DNA of 64,000 bases from Phoronis australis (taxonomy: Eukaryota > Animalia > Phoronida). The notes beneath the pieces are model-generated. The model was not told where the DNA came from and ran no database searches. It saw nothing but the letters and a program-made list of their open reading frames with translations. The position numbers were made by a program, and so were the translations under genes. The stretch spans positions 62,001-126,000 of the forward strand of contig NMRA01000361.1 in assembly GCA_002633005.1 (NCBI GenBank), given 5' to 3'. Positions within the stretch are counted from its first letter, which is position 1. Each line of letters opens with the position of its first letter. Shown in pieces: positions 47,090 through 59,789 of this stretch.

Positions 47090-48640
47090 ATATAACGGAG
47101 ACGAAAAGCATACAATACATATTAACATAGGTTAACTAATTTGGCATCATCACGTGTTGACATCAATCTAATGAACTTGAAAAAGACCGAAAATTCCATT
47201 AGTACACTTCAATATAATTTTCTCTCAGTTCAGAATATTTATCACAGATTAGAAGGAAATTGTACAGGTCTTCCACCACAGTGGGTCAGAAGGGGCTCAC
47301 TCTGCCTGCCCTATCCAAATTCAAGCGCCTGCTTACTTCAACTAAGAGACTGTGGCTGAAACAACGAAAACGTGTCATGGCCATAATTCGTGCTCGGGGT
47401 ATACTCAAATTTAAAACTTTTTCCAATTTGAATTCCTTCTTAAAGTAATCGTAAAAACAAAGCTTAGGATTACTCTCGACACTCTGTCTCTATCCTTGCA
47501 AATAACAATCCCTTATCCGGTGTCTAAAAATTAGCAGAAAACTTGTTCTAACCAGTTGTATTCTTGTAAGTCCCATATTTCGGCTCCATAGTACATTTTA
47601 TTAAATATCTCAAAATCCACACGCGGTTGAAACATGGTCAAGCTTCTTTGTAGCTTGTCGACTGTAATGCCGACCTTCGTGGCTTGGGCTGGCAGGGTCT
47701 GAGTAGCCACAGTCCACAATAACGTTGGCGTGAACGAAACAAGTTACAAGTATCTTGAAACCACTTCGAGATTTTCAACTCCAAAATACCATCTCTCGCA
47801 ATTTCTCAGGGGACCTCCGTTTCTAAACACCATAACTTTGGTCTTTACTGAATTTACAGACATACCCCATTTCTGGCAGAACTTATTTAAAGCGCATAGC
47901 TGTTTTTTAGTTTAACTGGAGAGTAAGCACACAAGGTCATGTCATCGACATATTACAATACTTTCAGATCACATTTTGAATTAGAATAATACCATCGTCA
48001 TTACTAGAATGGACACATTCTACAAATTCATTCAAATGCAATATAAACAAAAAAGGGTTTAACAAACAACCTTGCCTAGTGCTAATACTGCAATCAAAAA
48101 ACATCACTCATACCACCCAGCTTTCTCACACACGTCCGAAGTTTGCTGTACATTGTTTGTAAAGTTTTTGAAAAAGCATCGTGAACTCCAATTTTTGGTA
48201 GTCTGAGACAAAGCAAATGATGGGGGATCTCGTCAAATGCTTTAGAAAAACCAATGAATGCATAGTAAAAACGATGTCCTTGTTTGCTTACGTACGTTTG
48301 AACCATAGTTGAAAATGTAAAAATTTGGTCGACAGTGCTATATCCCTTTAGAAATCCTGCTTGCCATTCATACAATTTATTTTTCTCCATATCCCAATCA
48401 GTAAGGCGCACATTGAAAACTTTAGTAAAAACTTCTCCGATCGCTGGCAGAAGGGAAATTCCTCTATAATTATTAGGGTCATTGACATTCCCCTGTTTAA
48501 ACAGCAGTACCAAAATAGCATCACACCATAAATGTGGATACCTTCCATTGTGCAAAATCTTGTTGAAGAGAACCATTAGCAAAGGTGCACTTTAACACTT
48601 CGACAACCAAGCCATCAATACCCGCCGCGATTGAATGGCC
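47090..48640 (-). mobile_element. Degraded RTE/RTEX-like LINE reverse transcriptase
   Basis: LFKQGNVNDPNNYRGISLL...QAGFLKGYSTVDQIF...FIGFSKAFDEIPH; YVDD at about 47941-47952; YGAEIW. Confidence 0.88.
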
Positions 48641-49425
48641 CTTTCGATCTCAGTCACAGTAAACTCACAATCAGGCTATTCGACGCGGTGTCGCTGCTGT
48701 ACTAGTGGTGATTGAATTGCGCATGCGTCGCTGTCTGCATGTAAACGGCTGGTAAAAACACGGAATTGATACCAAAATACGTCGTCGCACTAAGCCTTAT
48801 TATTGCTATTTTCCCGGGTGCAAATCTTCGACAGGTGGTCACAAATTCCCAAAAGGCCTAAGGTTACAACAGGCGTTGAGAATTGCGGTAAAAAGGGTCA
48901 ACCAAGAGACAAAAAGTATGTGGATGCCGAAGCCTCACGCCCCGTGTGTGCTCTATGCATTTCCATTGAGAGACTACATAATCACGTTACTTGGTAAGTT
49001 TTTAGCGATTAAGTTTCTATTGACATCGCTCAGTGATGTTATCCCCACCAGTTACCCCACTGAATAACGGGTTTATTCAGTGGAACTGAATGTTTCTCTT
49101 CAGGAAACTCACCCGGACCCGGAAGATAGGCTAGCAGCAGATATCCACATATTGTCCTGGGTGGGAGTGCTCTCAATATAAGAGGTGTATGGGACGTGCC
49201 GCTCAAAACTATGCTATGTCCAATAAAATTCTTTAGATGAGTGACATACCTTATTTTATAGCGGACCCCACCCCCAGTACTACCAGCTAGTTACCGAATT
49301 AACATGAATGAGCTATTCACTGAGTAAATTCGTAACATTGTGTTGGAATAAATATTGACACCTAGGATGAATTTTATTTGTTGAGATCAAAAACACATTT
49401 TAGGTGTCATGAAACACATTCTTAA

Positions 49426-49832
49426 AGGCGAAGGCAACCTTTTTTCATGTCACTTTTAGCAAAAATGACGTTCGTTGATTATCCCAAACACATTTTTCAC
49501 TTAATTACAGCTTTTCGTAATTTGATTAATTTCTCGTCCTCTACTCCGGAAGTGACGTTTTGGGAGGCAAGAGTTTCGCGCCAATTTCTTTTCGTTATAG
49601 TCTGACAGCTGTGAGAGCTGTCGAGTCAGTCATTGTTCTACCTCGGTTGTGATAAGTTCGGTCGTCGTTTGCTTTTGTTTANAATTCTTGCCTCCCAAAA
49701 CGTCACTTCCGGAGTAGACGACGAGTAATTAATTAAATAACGAAAAGCAGTAAATAAGTGAAAAATATGTCTGGGATAATCAACGAACCTTATTCTTGCT
49801 AAAAGTGACATGAAAAAAGGTTGCCTTCGCCT
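49426..49832. mobile_element. Kolobok-type non-autonomous DNA transposon with long TIRs (gap N at 49682)
   Basis: TTAA TSD on both sides (49422-49425, 49833-49836); AGGCGAAGGCAACC.../...GGTTGCCTTCGCCT; TIRs of about 150 bp. Confidence 0.85.
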
Positions 49833-50015
49833 TTAAATCACTGTTAGCCTGTTTCATATATTTTAATTCTGACCTTAAATAAGGCTTGGGTACAAAGATT
49901 ATTAGTTTTTACATATAAACATGAAGATGAACTGTCAAGTATGTTCTACCTTACAAAAGTAGTTTTGTCTTGTGTTTTCTTTTATAATTTGCTAAAATTT
50001 ATTTCTCTGTTACAG

Positions 50016-50101
50016 GTGAGAGAAAACGACTGAAACCAGCAGCCTTACCGTCTATTTTACCTTTCAATAAAGTGAAAAGCAGTCCTTCAGCAATAACCTG
50101 A
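50016..50101 (+). pseudogene. Orphan exon encoding a THAP-domain C-terminal motif (transposon remnant)
   Basis: After a TTACAG acceptor: GERKRLKPAALPSILPF, similar to the THAP RLKxxAVPTIF motif. Confidence 0.45.
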
Positions 50102-50679
50102 GGGAATTGAACCTCTCAATTCAGAAAGTTAGCCTTTGATATCCCTGATTGTGGATTCTTTTGCATTGGGAAAATTACAATTGTTTTTAACAAATTATGT
50201 TGTTCCGTTATATGTATGTGGTTGTTCATTTTGCCATTTTGTTTTTAAATACAATGATTATTGTTTATTCTCGAATCTTGTGTATAGCCGATTCTTATCC
50301 AGCTAGCTGCGATTGAAAATATACTTTACTTGCATTTGGAACTTTTGTTGTAGACAAGTAAACGAAAAACTTAAAACTCTTTTAAGGCCGAAAGAAACCT
50401 CTAAAAATAGTTTCACACATAAACAAATCAAATGAAAACAAAGGGAATACTTCGTTTTGATCGACTGACATTTCTATAGGTCATCAGGAAAATGACAATA
50501 CGCAAGCGTAATCGGTAATCACTTCAGCCTTATAAAGAAGCAGCACAACTGCACTGTATGGGTATTTAAAACTGAAGAAATGTTGTGGTTTGAATAATTA
50601 GTGACAAACTTGCCTGTTGATGAAAAATTTATTCCATCATCAAAGTGTAACATTAACGGGCTTTTTATTGACAATAAGA

Positions 50680-51435
50680 CAATCGATGTAGTCCGTGATT
50701 GAGATTCCGCATAATGCGTATCAAGTTTAAAGGTTTTTACCATTAGTATGAAGCCTTTCTTCTGAAAGAAAAAGTTGTCACTCAGAGAGAAAGGACAGGT
50801 ATTTATACCAGATATTTTTGGTTTTCATTTCACTGGGATCGAGTTTCAATGGCCTATAGAAGCACTTGTAAAAAGGTCCAGTTTCGGCACGTGGCTTTCC
50901 TTCATGTAACCTCAAAGCTTGTCTATGTTGCGGCTTGAAGTGGCCTTAAAACTGTCACTGAACCTGGAACAAATATTGAAACATGAATTATTGAGTACGT
51001 AATGTTGGGTAAAAAATGTAGCCCTTGTTTTTCAAAAATATATTATGGTAACTACTTTACAATTTCACACAAAATTAAATAATTACTATTTCCAGAAAAA
51101 GCAAGGGTGTATATAATATAATAAGTTTTGACTTGTATGGAACTGCGTCTTTATTTTTCATTCGTAGCCATAACAATGCTTTTAATGCATCACTTGTCTG
51201 CAAAATATGCAAGTTATTTGAGACAACTTCAGACCTTTGTTACCCGTTTTCAAGCCTTTTGAATTTTGATACTTTCAGCAATTATAATCACCGATTACGG
51301 ATTCATGGGTCTGTCAAGCACATTTCTGGCCTAAGGCTGAGGGAACCGTTTCTCAGTCAACTGTTCAAACCAATGTTTGTCAATTCAGTGACCGTTGCAG
51401 AAGCGATGCATATCTCCTCTGCACGGTACTAGCCC
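50680..51435 (-). mobile_element. Possible Crypton (tyrosine recombinase / DUF3504) relic
   Basis: Broken frames give GPFYKCFYRPLK...IWY, SQSRTTSIVLL and GLNS*LR...TDP, reminiscent of Crypton motifs; heavily decayed. Confidence 0.35.
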
Positions 51436-52227
51436 TCAAATCTAAAAACCAAAGGTCAGGTGAAAACAGACATGATATATTTCTATGTCAACGTGTAATA
51501 GACTTCCGGACGACATAGGATAGGGAGTAAACAAATAGTCTAATGGATACTTGTCACGTACCCTTTGGGCTTGGATTGTAATCTTACCTCACTAACAAAT
51601 ATCGAGTTGACAGCATAAACATTCAGTATTGATTGATGTAACTGTCACTGATAAACCTGTTATAAATCATTCCAAACATTAATAATACTGTTTGGATGTA
51701 CGAAAAGATTCCGAGTGCTACGTCAAGTATCGTAACACTCATCACAACAAACAATGATTAACCGACTGGCGAATGCCGCGAAGTTGACATCGGCCAGTAC
51801 CTCAATTAACAGGTATCAGTATTGTAATCATGGAATAATTGTTAAAATAATCACAAACCTTACCTTTGTTTAAGGCCATGCTTACTTCCTCTCAAAGAAG
51901 CACCATTTTCACTCAATCTCAGATTCAGTTGACACGGCTGCAAGCCATTTCACCATGTATTTAAAGGGCTCGCGAAATCCACTAGTACACGCGCGCCCTC
52001 TAGTAGATGCGAAGATGCAGGGTCATTTGCCTCACGGTGTTCGCTGAAGTTGCTGTGGGCATTCAAAACATGGTCAAAATTATTTTGAACATCTTCGCAG
52101 ATCTGACCTTTCTGATTTAGTAAATCATCAAAGTAACGATACCATACATCAGACGTGATCGAGGATATAGACTTGTTTAGCGTAAGTTTGCTTGTTAAAT
52201 GAGGCCCTGTTTTTGTTAACATGGAAA

Positions 52228-55200
52228 TAGTCCAGTCATTCTAGGGCTCCAGAGGGCTCAAACTTAGAAAAATTGCAACAGGAGTTTTTTTTGCATAATG
52301 ACATCTTCAAACATCACTTGGTGCCAGAAAAAAGTCTACCGAAATCGGAGTGGAGGAGGTCGGTTTTTCAAGATGGCGGAAAAAATGGCCGCCAAAACCG
52401 GTGTTTACTGCTTTCTGGCATGTTACTCATATGTAACAACTGGAAATAAAACAATGAAATTTGTCATTGATTTTATACTTTTCATAAAAGACATACCAAT
52501 CAAAATATGCCAATTTTGCATAAAATAAAACCAATATGGCCGACAAAAATGCGGGCGAAACGGCAATTTGGTACATGTTGCAAGATTTCTTTTTATATTT
52601 TGCCCTGAAAAAGGCAAGATTTTTATTCTTTTGTAAGTTAGACAATTGAAATTATCTGAACTTACAATTGGTCACCGGTTGGCGAGAAAAAAATCAAGAT
52701 GGCTGACAAAATGGCCGCCAAAATGGCCGCCAATTCACAAAACCCCAATTTACCGCATTTACGTTCTGCAAACTTTGTTGTAACCTGATAGTCATTAAAA
52801 CAAAAACATTTTACAATCTACAGTCAGGGTTAATGAGTTGATTGTTTCTATAACTTGTTTTTATGATTTAGATACTAAATGTGGAATTTTAATCACATTT
52901 TAGATTATATAACATAAAAGTTGGTGTGTTTTTCAGAAAAGGCTGTAGTTAAATGTTCATAATAAATGTCACACACTCAATTATTTTTCTTTAAAATATA
53001 CTGATTTGAGGTATAAAAAATAATATTTGTTAGAAAAATATGTAATTCTGGTGGATTTATTGGCTTTTTTATTGAACGAGCCCTTAATAAAATTGGGCAG
53101 GAAGTGGCTTTTTTCTCAGCTATTGGAGATATTATTAGTTATTCGCAAGCATCGATTTCATCTGCTCCTGGCATGTATTGAGAATTTTGCAGCTGTTTTC
53201 ACCTAAATTTGATGAAAAGAAAATAGAATTGTGTAACAAAAAGTTAATAATTAAATTTTAACAGTTAGTACTTACAATTTGTTTAATATGCATGCTTTTT
53301 ATGAACATAGGTAACTGATTTTAGAGGAAATTAGTGCCAGCAAACCAAACGACAGTGATCTGCAGTCACTTGTTCTTAGCCAGGCTAGGCAGATTTCATA
53401 CTGAGATGAGATTTCTGGGATGTATTGGATAGTTATGTCAGGCACAGGGCTTCAAGAATTTCTTGAGACGGTGCATGCATCAAACAGTGTGATCCTTATG
53501 TTAAATGGAAAAAAGTGTGGATAGAGCAGTGACGGGGCATATGTTGGTAGACTCAGCACTGAATGCTACCATAAAAGCCAGAGCATTCAAAATCCCACTT
53601 CCAAATATTGACAGATCAAGTAACGCCAATCCAGAACCAATGAAGAAAGAAGTTCCGGTTCTTCAGAAATTCCAGGAGTCCCGAATGTCGCCAACACAGA
53701 ACACACAGATTCCTTGCCAAGAGGTGGAGCAATTCAATGCTTGTACACCAATGTTGGCTCTTCAGAATATGGAGACAGATTCTTCAGACATCCCAACTGA
53801 TCACATAACTAGATGTATACGCTGGGGCATGCCATGCCCAGCCAGTGTCTTCCGATTCTTAACATTGGATTACAGTGGAATACCCTCACGAGAGTTCACT
53901 TCTGGCTTCCGACATACTGCCACTGGTATATTCAAACACGACTGAATCTGAGTATAGGTCTTCAGAATTGGCAGTGACAGAGAATAGTTCGTCAGAAGAA
54001 TCAATGGCCAATGATATACTTGATGATGATTTGAGAGCTGTTCTGAAGCTGTATGATGATCTTATTGCTGGCATGACGTCTGTTTCCGGCGATGTGTATG
54101 CTTGTCCGAGTGTCTTGTAGGTATCCATAAAAAATCGAAGTACATAAATCAGACTTGACCTTGCAAAATCGAATCATTAGTCTTTGGCTACAATATATGA
54201 AGATGATTGACATCCTTCGACTTCTTTAAAAGCAGAAATAACGTCAGATTGGGAGCTTCACCTAAAAGCAGTTTGTGAAATGCTACCTTACTTTGCAGCT
54301 GCCGGTCACAACTCTTCTGCAAAATCTGCATACATATACTTGCAGCAGACGCAGCAACTCAAAGACACCTGTCCAGAAGTCTACGGCCGACACGCCATAA
54401 GACAAAGTGACCGATTCTGGGCAGGCTTGTTATAATGAGATATGATCTTGTAATTGAACAAACCCTCATGAAAAAATATTTAAACAACAGGAGGTTTAAC
54501 TAGAGGTTGCAAAATTTGAGATACGCGGTATGCTCAAGTATAAATGGTGCCATGCAGACTATGACAAATTGAGTTGTGAAACAAGTAAGCAGCATAAAAA
54601 ATGTGCCCAGGCAAGACAGTCGCGTGACGACAAAGACATCCGCAGCCTTGTTGAATTCCTCCACAACAGAAACCCATTTTAAAGAGAAACATTACAGAAC
54701 ATAGCCAGTGGTGTGACTCCAGGCACATACGTCAATGCCGAAAATGCCAGAGAAGTGGGGAAGGCGATTCACTTGTCTATGGAGGGGTCAAGTGTGAAAG
54801 ACTTCATATTCAGAAAGAAAGACAAGGTTGTGGCAATGACAAGCCAATAAGTTCATGTTGCTAATAGTGATTTTACACAAGTGGATCCACAACTGCTACT
54901 TCAGCGAATCCTGACTGTCAGCTGCAAAAGACAACAGTGAAAGTTCATGATGCCTTGTGAACTTTGAGCTGTGTGTTGGTTCCCCTGCTCTTTTTGATAC
55001 ATCTGGTCTTCCCATAGCCGCTAATAAATCAATATGAGCTGATGCACCCTGGTCCAGTGGGGGACTACCAGAGGATTTCAATTTCCAGAAAACACGGTGA
55101 TGCATATAATCGACGGCTTTTCTCTCCTTCACCGTATTCCATGGCCTAGAGATGCAAAGTTTCAGTCGTTTAGTAGAGCTTATGTGGATTACATCAGCAA

Positions 55201-57034
55201 GTGCACCCAGCCTACTGTTGTTTTTATGGTTACTGAGAAGGACCATCAACTAAAGATGTCTCCCATGTTCGAAGACTGGGTGAGGTGGTAGGAACTAAAG
55301 TTCACTTCAATGGTGACATTGTGATCAAGTCAAAGAAGGAACGTTTTTGGCAAAGAGCAAAAACAAACAACGATTCATTCACTTCTTGTCAAGTTTGCTA
55401 GGAAATGCTGGTTGCACAGTGGTACAAGCTCAAGGTGAAGCAGATATTTTATTGTAGAAACAGCAGTAGACAAACGCAGCACAAGGTCCAACTACTCAAA
55501 TTGCAGACGATAAAGACTTGTTGGTTCTTTTGTGTTACTATGCTGCTTCACAACAAATTCCAATGTTCTTGAAATTTGACAAGAGGCACCAAAGCAAGAG
55601 GAGAGTCTGGGACATCAAGAAACTACAGTTGTCTCTTGGTGCCGAAACTTGCGCAATTTTGCCATTTGCGAATGCAATAGGTGGTTGCAATACAACATTA
55701 CGGCTGCTCGGTATTAGCAAAGGCTCTCCTATTCAAGAAACTGCGTGATCGAGAATTCTGCAAAAACACTAGTAAGAGTATTCACTAGACCCATTCGGCT
55801 GAAGCAAAATATATTTGAAGCTGGTAAGAGTTGTGTCTGTGCTTTATGGCGGTACTGGCTCTGGAAATTAGGATGACTTGCGATATAGGGATTTGTGGAT
55901 GAGGTGTCAGACTAGCTCCAGTCCAAATACATTCATTACCACCAACTTTCGTCAGTAACAAAATTCTATGCTGCCGGGACATATTATCAAGAGCAAGAGT
56001 GGTCAAGTTTCCGTGGCAGTGGCCTAGACTCGTTGTATTGGGGATGAATGTTGGCAGATGGAAAATTCATTCCCATGACGACGGACCAGTCAGCAGCACC
56101 AGAGATACCTGCTGAAAGTAGTAAGATGCTCGTGTAAGACCAACTGCAGTTCCAAGAGATGTACTTGCAAGAAGTTAGGATTGCCGTACTCTGTTGCATG
56201 TGGAGAATGCCGTGGTATAACTGCAGCAATTCATTCAGTTGACTAAGATTAGTTGTGGAAATACTGGTTGCGTATAGATTCACTGGCATTTAACTAACTG
56301 GAAGTGACACAGACGTGTGGACAGTTGATCACTAAATTAATCGCTGAGAGTTATTTTCGATACAGCAAATTTTTTTTCAGGCGGAGAATGATCCTTCATT
56401 CCAGGCGAACCTGATGTTTTTCACCCAAATAAGTTATTATTCGTTAAACAATCTTGAAAATGTTACTCGTAATCATCACAGCCAGACGGACGTGCTGACC
56501 TAAAACACTCAGGATGTGAAACCCGTGAAGATGGCATGTCTCTGAAATCTGAAGTTCTTATACACGAAGCAACTAGTCGGTGGCCATCTTAGAAAATGGA
56601 GGAAGTAATCGTTAGAGCCAAACGCAATGAGTCTCAATGGATTAGTCGACCCACAAAACCTATGATGCAATGTTTGAAGCAAGACGACACTAATCGTTTT
56701 GTGCAAAGTTGTGCGACTCGAAGTAGTTTTGGCGGCCATCTTGGAAAATGGTGGACGGTGTCACCACACCCATGCAAAACTATTTACTATGGATTTGTTG
56801 ACCCATGAAAGATAGGTAAACCTTTTTGAATCTTTATTCTATCACATTCCACTCTCGAGTTATAATGGTCATCTGAAAATCTGGCTGCCATTTTGTCCGC
56901 CACCTTGAGAAACCAACTTCCGCCACTCCGATTCCGGTAGACTTTTTTCTCACACTAAGGGGTGTGAGAGGATACGATTTATGCAATAAAACCTTCTGTT
57001 ACAATTCCGGGTCATCCGTAGAATGACTGAACCA
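52228..57034 (+). mobile_element. AcademX-type DNA transposon relic (transposase + XPG-like nuclease + Cys-rich finger), pseudogenised
   Basis: Termini TAGTCCAGTCATTCTA and TAGAATGACTGAACCA; imperfect TIRs of about 160 bp; AAA 3-bp TSD. Coding relics: FHTEMxFLGCIG, HMLVDSALN, WELHLKAVCEMLPYFAAAGH, DRFWAGL, DLVIEQTLMK, GGLTRG; XPG-like QGEADI / DDKDLLVLL / GGCNTTLRLLGISKG; CSCKTNCSSKRCTCKKLGL...CGECRG at about 56127-56216. Confidence 0.85.
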
Positions 57035-58139
57035 AAAGAAACCGTCAGAGATGTGATGTCTATGTTCATAGTGAAAAGCGCCTTGTTGAAGAGAGTAATG
57101 CCATTAACAGAAATTGAAAATGAGAGATCCTAAAATTGTCTTGTGGTGCACCTGCAGAAATATCAAGGTAAGACGAAGTCACGGTATCACGGCAGACAAA
57201 TTGTTTTTTTTTTTGTTTTCTAAATCTTAGAAACTCATCAGAAGATCTGTGACATTTTAATCTTTTGGAGGATGTTGTAAATATTGTGTGAAGACTTTAG
57301 AAAGATTCATAAACATGATAATTAGATTTAAGATTTTGTCTAAACCATTCTGACATTGGGGCAGTAGGTAAAAAAACAGCTGTATTCTTGGATCATCTTG
57401 TACGTTATTTCAGCGCCCATACGGATCTTTTATTTAAGTGTAGATGTTCAAAATCAAAATAAAGCTCTTGTACATGTATGCTGCTGCGTTCAAATATGTT
57501 CGCAATTCTTTACCTTCATTTTAATTACATTTACCTTTAATTACCTGAGCGTCATTTATAAGCATTATACACATAACTCCATCTTTTACGTACGTCTCCT
57601 TGTCTCAAATCTTTTGCAAGATCCAGTCTGCGATGCCATCCCTTAAGTGTTTCATAGCAAATGTTCAATTCATTAGTTTCTGTTATTAATTATTTTAAAA
57701 ACATAAGCTACGGAAGTTTTAATCTTGAATGCACTATTGCCAAGTGCTTTGTATGTAACTATTATTAACAAATCTTTCTAGTTTGATTGATTTTAATGTG
57801 TATTGCTGCCCTAATTGATATTTACTTAAGATTTCCCTTTCTCTGCTACTTGTTTTTTTTCCGGCGGCTTTGTTGTCAAAGGATTATTATTCAGCAAAAT
57901 AGCAATAAACTTGATCATAAACATTTTTTTCGAAAAGTTTGAAAATATCAGACGGAACAGAAACGAGTTGTGGTAAAGCTAAGAGTTAGCGTCGCTGTCA
58001 TTTCCCCTATAAACAGATGTTACAGTAAATACTTTTAAATCATTTGGGAAAATATCTTTGAGTAGAGATCGGTTTATAATTGGCAATTGACCTGTCGATG
58101 CGTGCATCGTCTTCAGATGATGTCAGTACACCATATATG

Positions 58140-58790
58140 ATGGAGTCTCATAGGCGCTTTCTCTCTTCTTTCGTTTCCTGATTGAGTGCCAAAGCCAAGG
58201 CCAATTGCCTGCCTGTGCTTGAACGAGAAACTAGGTCCCAAGCTCGTCGCTTAGAGGTCGGTAGATTGACGTTAGACAGTGACCACCATCCTACAGGCGG
58301 TGCCAGTAGGACGGTGGAGCTCCTATAGGCGATTCCGCATACGCCGGAAGCTTTTCTGCGAATTATGCCTGGTACTGACTAAACCAACAAAGTCACGTTG
58401 TTACAAATACTTTTTGAGCATAGAGAGACATCTTAGAAGGCTGTCGATGTATTTAATTCCTTCCAGAGCTCCAATCATTGTTATCAGCAGTGCTCTTTCA
58501 ATGACTTTGCAATAATAGACCAGGCAGTAACAACAAAGGACGGTTTACACATCAGTTGGTGCAAGCCCAATCTCAATAGGCAACTGACACACCACAGGTT
58601 GTCATTGTTGGTCTATTTCATTGTCACTCCCTGTAACTGACTGTATCTGTGCTTCATTACTTGTTGCTGGGCCTAACTAGGTGGCCACTGTATCATCGCT
58701 TCTCGAGGATGGTGTTGAATAAATGACACCGAAACATGTCAGGTCTTAAAACCGTTGTTGTTTTCTTGAATAGATCATCTGATCTAATTA
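58140..58790 (+). mobile_element. Internally deleted Penelope-like element (N-terminal fragment + GIY-YIG tail + hammerhead-like pLTR motif)
   Basis: CSFNDFAIIDQA...KDGLHISWCKPNLNRQLTHHRLSLLV (about 58491-58613), followed by GAGGAT-GGTGTT...GACACC-GAAACATGTC. Confidence 0.7.
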
Positions 58791-59789
58791 ACAAGTTGAG
58801 ATCAATTTCGCTATGCAGTCTAACTTAAATGATCGTTTCCACGACGGAATCCTGTTTCAAAGCCGCTGTAATCAATCACTTCTCTAATCGATTCCAACCT
58901 CTCCGGAAAAATCACTATAATCCCGGCTTAAAACAAAAAACCGTAGCTTCCTAAGGCTGATGTGATGTGCTCAACATAGTAGCAGTCCTGTCAGTGCACT
59001 AAAATCACATGTCATTAAAGTGGAACTTGCAGGCTTATTACTTAATTATCTCTGTTATTGCGTCTTCAAATTAGTTACAAACAAAATTTGCAGCGACGAT
59101 GTGAATATGAAGTAAGTTGAAAACTGCCAAGTGTTTTTAAGAACAAGTTTTGTGTCGAAAATGGTCCGCCGTAAATCACTCAACCGTGTCCAGTGCTTAT
59201 CGAGACGTAGTGTTTGGGAATAACACTGTATGATGCAATTGGCAAGTACAATGTACGCTGTCGGCAACACAAAGTATTGGGTTGGATTTGTTTAAATAAT
59301 ACAGATAACATTCACTGCTTAGAAAATGAATACTAAATACCTAAATAAAACTAAAAAGTATTTAGGTAACAAGTAAACAGTGCACAAAAGAATTGCTGTG
59401 GAAACAATTGAAAACCGTAATAATTTATGCAAACACAAACGCACGCACTTAGGTACGCAAATACGAGTAGTTTTTTGAAAGTTACGTAAACACACCTCTT
59501 ACTAGGGCGTAAACTTTTCATTTATTATTGCAGATCAAACACTCAGAAAAAGTCACTTCTTTCCGTAAAAATACTGTAACATGATTTTAACACCCAAAGC
59601 GACTTGTTGAAAAACTCCTAGCATGTAGTTTTATAGGTTGCCCAAAGTTTTCTGAGACTGGAGATGAAAATATGCCAGATGACCCACTATTCCCGGTATC
59701 CCGACAGGACCAAGGGTCAAATACGTACAGTATAAAGAATGATCGGTGTAATCGTCGGGTTTGTTGACTGATACCCTCATTACCGTGTG

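Noticed and set aside
51860-52227. LINE fragment interrupted by the Academ insertion (nesting)
   Set aside because: The left flank looks like a LINE linker (ITSDVWYRYFDDLL), but I could not show continuation beyond 57037.
57190-57250. Minus-strand CTGATGAG-stem-poly(A)-CAATTTGTC hammerhead look-alike
   Set aside because: GAAA box replaced by an A-run and poor stem I; at best a dead relic.
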